In this document: piece after piece, positions 58,365 through 64,000 of the stretch
How positions within the stretch are numbered: position 1 is the first letter of the stretch
Layout of the letters: every line of letters starts with the position of its first letter
NCBI GenBank assembly: GCA_040902515.1
Contig: JBBDXB010000006.1
Span: forward strand, 574,017-638,016
From: Patescibacteria group bacterium
GTDB taxonomy: Bacteria > Patescibacteriota > SICC01
Direction: 5' to 3'
Length of the DNA: 64,000 nucleotides
Notes under the pieces: generated by a model
The model's input: only the letters and a program-made list of their open reading frames with translations
Databases searched by the model: none
What the model was told of the DNA's origin: nothing
Translations under genes and position numbers: made by a program

Positions 58365-58522
58365 GGGACCGTACCTCCTCGGTATCTGGTTTTCCGGATT
58401 GTTAAGGGCCGACCTGTCGGCTGGTTATTGTATGCGAGGGGTGGATGCTTGGCAATTTTCCCCAGCCTACGCTACAATCACTTGCCATACTGGCACCTTT
58501 ACAATCCGACAGAAAGGCACGC

Positions 58523-59320
58523 ATGAAAACGCAACGTGACATCGCGCGGCTGCTCGTGGACTCCAGCGCCCAAGGAACGCTTAGCGCCGACTCGCTTCGG
58601 GCGCTGCAGGACATCCCGGGCGTTCAGCATGAGGTCGGGCGGTCGCTCGGGGACTCCGTTCCCGAAGACCTCAACGATCTGCTCCTTCTCTCCATCCTGG
58701 TCGACGACTCGGGCTCGATCGCCTGGGCGAAGAACACCCGGGCGGTCCAGAACGGGCACAACCGGGTCGTCCAGGTGGTCCTGGAGGCGGGTATCGCCCG
58801 GAACGTGCTGCTCCAGACGCGGTTCCTGAACGGCAAGGTCGTGAACCCATATGTGCCGCTGCTCAAGGCCGACCCGCTCGACAGCGGCAACTACGGTGAG
58901 CACGAGTTCGGCGGGACGCCGCTGTACGAGCAATCGGTGGTCCTGCTCGGGTCCGTCGCCGCCAAGACCCGCGAGCTCGAGGCGAAGGGCAAGTCCGCCC
59001 GGAGCATCACGCTGATCATCACCGACGGTGACGACCAGCATTCAGGAAAGATCACCGCCGGGCACGTCGCCTGGTTGGCGAACGACCTCAGGCGCAGCAA
59101 GCGGCACATCGTCGCCGGCATGGGCGTCGAGGATGGCAGCACCAACTTCCGGAGGATCTTCCGGGAGATGGGCATCCCCGACAAGTGGCACCTGACCCCG
59201 AACGCCGATCCGTCGGCGATCATCCAGGCGTTCAAGGATTTCGGAGAGGCGGCTGCCAAGGCCAGCATCGACCCGGCATCCTTCGAGCGTCTCGCGTTGG
59301 GACCCGGCTTCTCGCAGTGA
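58523..59320 (+). CDS. von Willebrand factor A (vWA) domain protein
   Basis: MIDAS LVDDSGSI (DxSxS) and downstream ITLIITDGDDQ threonine/aspartate motif. Track ORF begins at 58445; ATG 58523 preferred (TACAAT boxes upstream). Confidence 0.65.
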   Translation: MKTQRDIARLLVDSSAQGTLSADSLRALQDIPGVQHEVGRSLGDSVPEDLNDLLLLSILVDDSGSIAWAKNTRAVQNGHNRVVQVVLEAGIARNVLLQTRFLNGKVVNPYVPLLKADPLDSGNYGEHEFGGTPLYEQSVVLLGSVAAKTRELEAKGKSARSITLIITDGDDQHSGKITAGHVAWLANDLRRSKRHIVAGMGVEDGSTNFRRIFREMGIPDKWHLTPNADPSAIIQAFKDFGEAAAKASIDPASFERLALGPGFSQ

Positions 59321-59339
59321 GAACCGACCCATACGTACT

Positions 59340-59390
59340 ACACCCCCTGACTCTTGTCCTTACGGACGTTAGTGAGTCAGGGGGTGTTTT
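59340..59390. repeat. Hairpin repeat copy 2 (acaccccctgactc-ttgtccttacggacgttagt-gagtcagggggtg + tttt); intrinsic terminator for the vWA gene
   Basis: Perfect 13-bp stem followed by a T-run; homologous to copy 1. Confidence 0.75.
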
Positions 59391-59407
59391 CGAGGTACGA
59401 TAGGTCC

Positions 59408-59935
59408 ATGGCAACTAACCGGAGTCCCTGGCAGCGCATCACCGGCTGGTACGACCGCCACTACCAGCTCGCGGTCACCGTTTCGGCGGCATTGTTCCTG
59501 ACCCAGCTCGTGCACCTCTACTGGCTGACGGCGCACGTGGTCGCGTTCCGGCTGGTCGAGCAGAGCTACTGGAGTTTGGCGCCGATCTGGCAAACCGCGC
59601 TTTCCGCCGCCGATTATCTGGAGATTCCCGCGCTGGTCGCCACCAGCATTCTCTACGTGATGATCCTGCGCCGCCGTTTCTCGTGGATACGGCTCCTGAT
59701 CCTGATCGGCATCAACCTGCAGTGGCTCCACATCGCCTGGATCACCGACGAGTTCGTGGTGTCGAGTCTCGGGGTCGGCGAGGAGGGGACGGCCCACTGG
59801 CCGGTCTGGCTGGCCTGGGCCGCGATCGTGATCGACTACCTGGAGCTGCCAGCGATTTTCGACACGACGCGGGAGTCCATCCGGCAGTTCCGGAAACGGG
59901 GCCTGCGCGGCTTGCGCGAGGCGTTGAAGGAATAA
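59408..59935 (+). CDS. Hypothetical polytopic membrane protein (175 aa)
   Basis: 4-5 predicted hydrophobic helices (LAVTVSAALFLTQLVHLYWL, LVATSILYVMIL, LLILIGINLQWL, VWLAWAAIVIDYL). Confidence 0.5.
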   Translation: MATNRSPWQRITGWYDRHYQLAVTVSAALFLTQLVHLYWLTAHVVAFRLVEQSYWSLAPIWQTALSAADYLEIPALVATSILYVMILRRRFSWIRLLILIGINLQWLHIAWITDEFVVSSLGVGEEGTAHWPVWLAWAAIVIDYLELPAIFDTTRESIRQFRKRGLRGLREALKE

Positions 59936-59990
59936 GTCACCGGCATGGCGACGTGTTTGATAATTATTGTGGTTGTGGTACTTTTAGTGG

Positions 59991-60144
59991 TTCCTTAACA
60001 GTTGCTGACAGGTAAGCGGCCGTAGCGCCAAGGGTGTGATATCTCATTCCCGTGGCGCTGCGGCTAGCAGAGCGTGGCAGATAAGCCCTAGGCCTGGATG
60101 CCGTTTAGTCCAGGTAGGGGGACATCGCTACAAGGAGGTACCAC
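59991..60144 (+). ncRNA. Candidate cis-regulatory structured 5' leader (copy 2), downstream of promoter TTGATA-N16-TACTTT (59957-59984)
   Basis: Contains gcggccgtagcg ... cgctgcggctagcagagcgtggca, a cctgga...tccagg hairpin and an aaggagg SD; homologous to 51350-51497. Confidence 0.45.
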
Positions 60145-60804
60145 ATGGCTCGCCGTAAGGCAGAGTTCGTCGGAGCGGCCGGGACGGTCCTTGAGATCAT
60201 CAAGGCACTTTCCCAGGCGGTGCTCGACAGCGGGGGTTCGGAGGAGGACCTACGCCGGATCATCAGGGAGGAGCCGCTGCGTAACCGGATCGCCGGAATG
60301 CTGGTCGATTGGTCAAGCTCCCGGTACCTGGTCACGGTGGATTATCGCCGTGACTTGGGGCACCTCGCTCCCGACGGTTACGCGGGCTGGGCGGGCTTCT
60401 GGTCCGACTGGACCGCGCTGGACGGCAGTCCGGTGCATCAGGAGAACAAGGTAGTCATCACCGATGTCGTGCTGGTAAAGCTCGAGCTTTCCGACGATGA
60501 TCGCGATGACTTCGACCGACCCAGGCCTGATACTGCGAAGGTGCTCAAGCAGCTCGACCGGCAGGGCTTGCGCCCCGCCAACATGGCGGAGTTGTTCGCG
60601 TTCCTCAAGGAGTATTCCGACGTGCTGGAGAAGGGTCCGTTCGAGGGCGCCGTTGCACTGGGAGCGACTCGGAATGGGGATGTTGCCCTGTTCTGGGACA
60701 AAGCGTCCCCCGATGGTCATGGTTACTTCGATGGCGTTCGCCCTGATGATGCCCACTGGCCCGAGCACGTCGGCTTCCTCGCCGTTCCCGTCGAGCAGTC
60801 CTAG
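60145..60804 (+). CDS. Hypothetical protein, paralog 2 (219 aa) of the protein at 51498-52145
   Basis: See paralog 1; strong SD aaggagg upstream. Confidence 0.6.
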   Translation: MARRKAEFVGAAGTVLEIIKALSQAVLDSGGSEEDLRRIIREEPLRNRIAGMLVDWSSSRYLVTVDYRRDLGHLAPDGYAGWAGFWSDWTALDGSPVHQENKVVITDVVLVKLELSDDDRDDFDRPRPDTAKVLKQLDRQGLRPANMAELFAFLKEYSDVLEKGPFEGAVALGATRNGDVALFWDKASPDGHGYFDGVRPDDAHWPEHVGFLAVPVEQS

Positions 60805-60849
60805 TAGCTACGATGCCGATCGCTGTATCAAAGGAGGTGAAACAGTTTG

Positions 60850-60963
60850 ATGACCGGAGCCTACGGTCCCGACTCGCAAGATGACGCCTCGCCCCTATCG
60901 GGAGCCGTCGTGGTCGGGATCATCATCGGAATCATCGTGATCGTCTGGATCGTCACCGGCTGA
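60850..60963 (+). CDS. Small (37 aa) hydrophobic single-TM peptide with strong RBS
   Basis: aaggaggtg SD ~9 nt upstream of ATG; MTGAYGPDSQDDASPLSGAVVVGIIIGIIVIVWIVTG; not in the ORF track. Confidence 0.4.
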   Translation: MTGAYGPDSQDDASPLSGAVVVGIIIGIIVIVWIVTG

Positions 60964-61156
60964 CCCACGATGTCCGCACGGACGTACATAACTTCACGCG
61001 CTTGGATTCGTCCACCAAGACTGACTCGAAAGAGACCCAGACCCAGCGTGAAGTGCCCCACTGAGCCGATCAGTCACTGGTCGTTTCGGCAAGGCAGTAA
61101 GCGCCGACAGCCGTCGGTTACCAAAGCGGTGACCGGCGCCGTAGAATGAGGCAGTC

Positions 61157-61825
61157 ATGGCAACTCGCCGCGCACCCCGCTTTGAACGATTCATCGAATC
61201 GAAGCCGATCCTCTTCCTGCTGAGCGTCTTCAACTGGCCCCGGCGGACGATCCGGCGGCTCTACGCCTGGGTCGTGGGATGGGCGGAAGGCCGCCAGGCG
61301 CAACGCGCCCTCGGCGGTATCGCGTTCGCGGAAAGCTCGTTTTTCCCGATTCCGCCGGATCCGCTCCTGATCGCGATGACCACGGCAAAGCCCCGTCGCT
61401 ACCTCCGGTTCGCCACCATCTGCACGGTGGCCAGCGTCATCGGCGGTATCTTCGGGTACCTGATCGGCGTGCTCGCGTTCGAGGCGGTCGGGCAGCCGAT
61501 CATCGACACCTACCACCTCCAGGAGGACTTCGACGCGCTCGGCCAGCGGTACGCCGACAACGCGGCCGTGGCGATCTTCGCCGCCGCCTTCAGTCCGATC
61601 CCGTACAAGCTGATCACCATCTCCGCCGGCGCGTTCCACATCAACTTCCTGCTGTTCCTACTCGTCTCGATCCTCGGCCGGGGCGGTCGCTTCTTCCTCG
61701 TCGCCGCGCTGATGCACCACTTCGGCAAGCGCTACAAGGACACGATCGAAAAGTACATCGACCTACTGTCATTGGCGTTCGTGCTGCTCCTGGTCCTCGG
61801 CGTGCTGGCGGTAAAGCTGCTGTAA
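61157..61825 (+). CDS. DedA/YqaA (VTT domain) family membrane protein
   Basis: AESSFFPIPPDPLLIAM signature, multiple TM helices, GYLIGVLAFE. Confidence 0.7.
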   Translation: MATRRAPRFERFIESKPILFLLSVFNWPRRTIRRLYAWVVGWAEGRQAQRALGGIAFAESSFFPIPPDPLLIAMTTAKPRRYLRFATICTVASVIGGIFGYLIGVLAFEAVGQPIIDTYHLQEDFDALGQRYADNAAVAIFAAAFSPIPYKLITISAGAFHINFLLFLLVSILGRGGRFFLVAALMHHFGKRYKDTIEKYIDLLSLAFVLLLVLGVLAVKLL

Positions 61826-61871
61826 ACGGCGGGCGTTGAGCCCTTTCAGGCATCAGGTAATCTGAAACCGG

Positions 61872-62906
61872 ATGGTCGAAACAAAAATCATACTCGACGT
61901 ACTGATCGCACTCCTCGGAGTCGCCGGACTGGGCATCGCCTGGTACATCCGCTCCCGCAAAAAGGCACACCGCCACCTCGCGTGCCCGATCGGCGGACGC
62001 TGCGACCAGGTAGTCACCAGCCGCTACTCCCGCTTTCTCGGCATCCCCGTGGAATTACTGGGAATCGGCTACTACGGCACTATTACCCTGAGTTACCTCG
62101 GCTTCGCCCTGTTCAATCACACTCCGGCCAGCTTCTTCATCTTCGCGGTGGTGGTCCTGAGCACGGCGGCGATTCTCTTCTCGGCCTACCTGACGGCCAT
62201 CCAAGTGTTTACGCTGCGCCAGTTCTGCACCTGGTGCCTTGCCTCGGCAGGGATCTGCGTCGGAATCTTCGGGCTTTCCGTATGGAATTCCGGGCATCAG
62301 CTCACCGGCCTGCTGGCTCAGTACGAACCGATCGTCCGGCCGCTGCACCTGCTGGGATTCGGACTGGGTATCGGCGCGGCGACTTCATCCGACGTCTTCT
62401 TCGGCCGCTTTCTCAAGAACTACCGGCTGAGCCCGCGAGAGTCGCACATCCTTCATTACTTCTCGCAGATCATCTGGTTCGCGCTGGGTATCATCGTGAT
62501 CTCGGGGTTGGCGCTGTACCTGCCGCAGGCCGAGTACTTGCATGATTCGGGAAAGTTCCTGGCGAAGATGACGGTCGCCGGCGTGCTGGTCACTAACGGC
62601 GTGCTGCTCTCGATCTACCTGCAACCGAGGCTGTCGGAGATTTTCTTCGGCGGTCATTCCGAACGCGACCCGCGGTCGATCCTGCGCCTGCGCCGGCTGG
62701 CCTTCGCCGGGGGAGCGATCTCCGCGACCTCCTGGTATTCCGCGTTCGTGCTCGGTGCCGCCCGGTCGCTCCCGTGGTCGTACGAGACCCTCGTCGGGAT
62801 ATACCTGCTCGTGCTCGTGGCGGCAATCACCGCGAGCCAGGTCGTCGAGCGCGTCTATACGCGTCGTGCACCCAGCCATATCCATGTATCTCACATCACC
62901 GACTGA
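61872..62906 (+). CDS. Vitamin K epoxide reductase (VKOR) family protein fused to an additional C-terminal polytopic membrane domain
   Basis: Loop Cys pair LACPIGGRCDQV and TM CxxC active site FCTWCLASAG in a 4-5 TM core; ~200-aa extra hydrophobic C-terminal region. Confidence 0.65.
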   Translation: MVETKIILDVLIALLGVAGLGIAWYIRSRKKAHRHLACPIGGRCDQVVTSRYSRFLGIPVELLGIGYYGTITLSYLGFALFNHTPASFFIFAVVVLSTAAILFSAYLTAIQVFTLRQFCTWCLASAGICVGIFGLSVWNSGHQLTGLLAQYEPIVRPLHLLGFGLGIGAATSSDVFFGRFLKNYRLSPRESHILHYFSQIIWFALGIIVISGLALYLPQAEYLHDSGKFLAKMTVAGVLVTNGVLLSIYLQPRLSEIFFGGHSERDPRSILRLRRLAFAGGAISATSWYSAFVLGAARSLPWSYETLVGIYLLVLVAAITASQVVERVYTRRAPSHIHVSHITD

Positions 62907-62945
62907 TCGGACGGACCTGGCAGCCGGCCGCATGGCTGGCACCGA

Positions 62946-64000
62946 TCAGTTGCTGCTACGCGACATCTCGGTCCAGAACCCGGCCGTCGAGTCGTACACC
63001 AGGGTCAGCGTATCCTGGGAGTCGGCCGCGAAGTCGCCGGCCAGGCGCAGGTTGCCCGTCCCGTCCTTGACGGTGACCGTGGTGTTGAAGCGATAGACGA
63101 CGACCTGGCCGCCGGCTCCGGCGCCGATGTCGTTGATCGTGGCCACGCCGGCATCGACCCTGACCATCACGGTCGTGGGTGCCGGCATCGGATCGGCGGC
63201 GGCCGTCGAGGTAATACTCGCGGTCTTGGCCGGCGTCGCCGCGCCGTTCGCGATGTCCGCGGAGGTGATGGATCCGTCTACGATTGACCCCGCATTTACG
63301 CTGGCCGTGGTGATGATGCCGGAAGGGCTAATCACGAACTGGTCCGTTCCATTGTTCTGCACGACCAGCAGGTTCCCCGAGAAGAACGTGTTCGCGGTAT
63401 TGAGCACGAACGCGTCCCCGCCACTTGCCACCGTGGAGAAAATCTCACCGCTTACCGTGTCGACACCGAGCAGGGTGGTTCCCCCCGTGCTCTGCACCTG
63501 GAAAGCCGTCGCGGAGTCCGTCGTCGGCTTGATAGTCGTGTTGCCGTTGTCGATGATGATGTTCCCGGCCCCGGTACCGTTCTGTAGGATCAGTTGGGCA
63601 GATGCGCTGTTGGTGCGCAGCACGAAGTCGCCCGCGTTGGCGTCCGACGAGTACTGCCCCCCGGCACCCGGTACCCCAAGAAGGGCTTCGCTCGACGTGC
63701 GACCGATCTGGATGCTGCTGCGAGTCCCGGCATCGTCGCTCCGGACGTGGAACCCGTCGGCCGGAGTCGTGAACGTCGCGACGCCACTCGCGGAAACCTT
63801 GGTGACCGTACTTCCGCCGCTGTCGTACAGCTGGAGTATATCCGCGGATCCGTCTGTCCCTAGGTTGGTCCAGGCATTGTTTGCGGTGGTCTTCACCTGC
63901 ACGCCGGTGCCGTTGCTCACTTCCATGATCTCGCCGCCGCTCGCATCCTGGAACTTCACAGAGGCGTTCTGGGTATCCACGAGCAAGACCGCACTTCCGT
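62946..64000 (-). CDS. Partial Gly/Thr/Ser/Asn-rich beta-repeat protein (adhesin- or fibre-like); 5' end beyond the window
   Basis: ORF runs to the window edge with no upstream stop; composition dominated by G/T/S/A/N/V repeats (SGGSTVTKVSASGVATFTTPADG...). Confidence 0.5.
   Translation of the reverse strand, partial: GSAVLLVDTQNASVKFQDASGGEIMEVSNGTGVQVKTTANNAWTNLGTDGSADILQLYDSGGSTVTKVSASGVATFTTPADGFHVRSDDAGTRSSIQIGRTSSEALLGVPGAGGQYSSDANAGDFVLRTNSASAQLILQNGTGAGNIIIDNGNTTIKPTTDSATAFQVQSTGGTTLLGVDTVSGEIFSTVASGGDAFVLNTANTFFSGNLLVVQNNGTDQFVISPSGIITTASVNAGSIVDGSITSADIANGAATPAKTASITSTAAADPMPAPTTVMVRVDAGVATINDIGAGAGGQVVVYRFNTTVTVKDGTGNLRLAGDFAADSQDTLTLVYDSTAGFWTEMSRSSN

Overview
A GC-rich (~65%), densely packed bacterial chromosomal segment, mostly + strand and dominated by information-processing and cell-envelope genes. 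In order: prfB (with its +1 frameshift), a two-component system plus a degenerate kinase, atpDC, murA, mreB, glycosyltransferases, a GGDEF protein, gltX, scpAB, a D-Ala-D-Ala carboxypeptidase, der, pth, mfd, dprA, lexA/topA, an mtlD-like gene, a class A PBP, dnaX-dnaB...ybaB...recR, corA, cysS and typA. An LPXTG surface protein sits at 1.2 kb, a sortase at 7.4 kb, and two tRNAs (Leu-CAA, Gln-TTG) are present. The lineage is uncertain from sequence alone; the small-genome style with high GC fits an actinobacterial-like or Patescibacteria-like organism. No CRISPR array, rRNA or recognisable defence system was seen. The accessory-looking parts are: (i) a translationally coupled Pro/Gln-rich disordered protein plus VirD4/TraG-like coupling ATPase, followed by a lower-GC island carrying an IS1595-family transposase; (ii) two paralogous hypothetical genes (51.5 kb and 60.1 kb), each behind a homologous structured 5' leader whose stem shows covariation, which is a candidate new cis-regulatory RNA; (iii) a divergent J-domain membrane protein and vWA protein bracketed by two copies of a ~47-nt hairpin repeat; (iv) a 699-aa FAD/NADPH N-hydroxylating monooxygenase-like protein behind an AT-rich consensus promoter; (v) a PAS histidine-kinase-like protein lacking the phospho-acceptor His. 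All coordinates were derived by hand from the ORF track and the sequence, so start codons may be off by a few codons.
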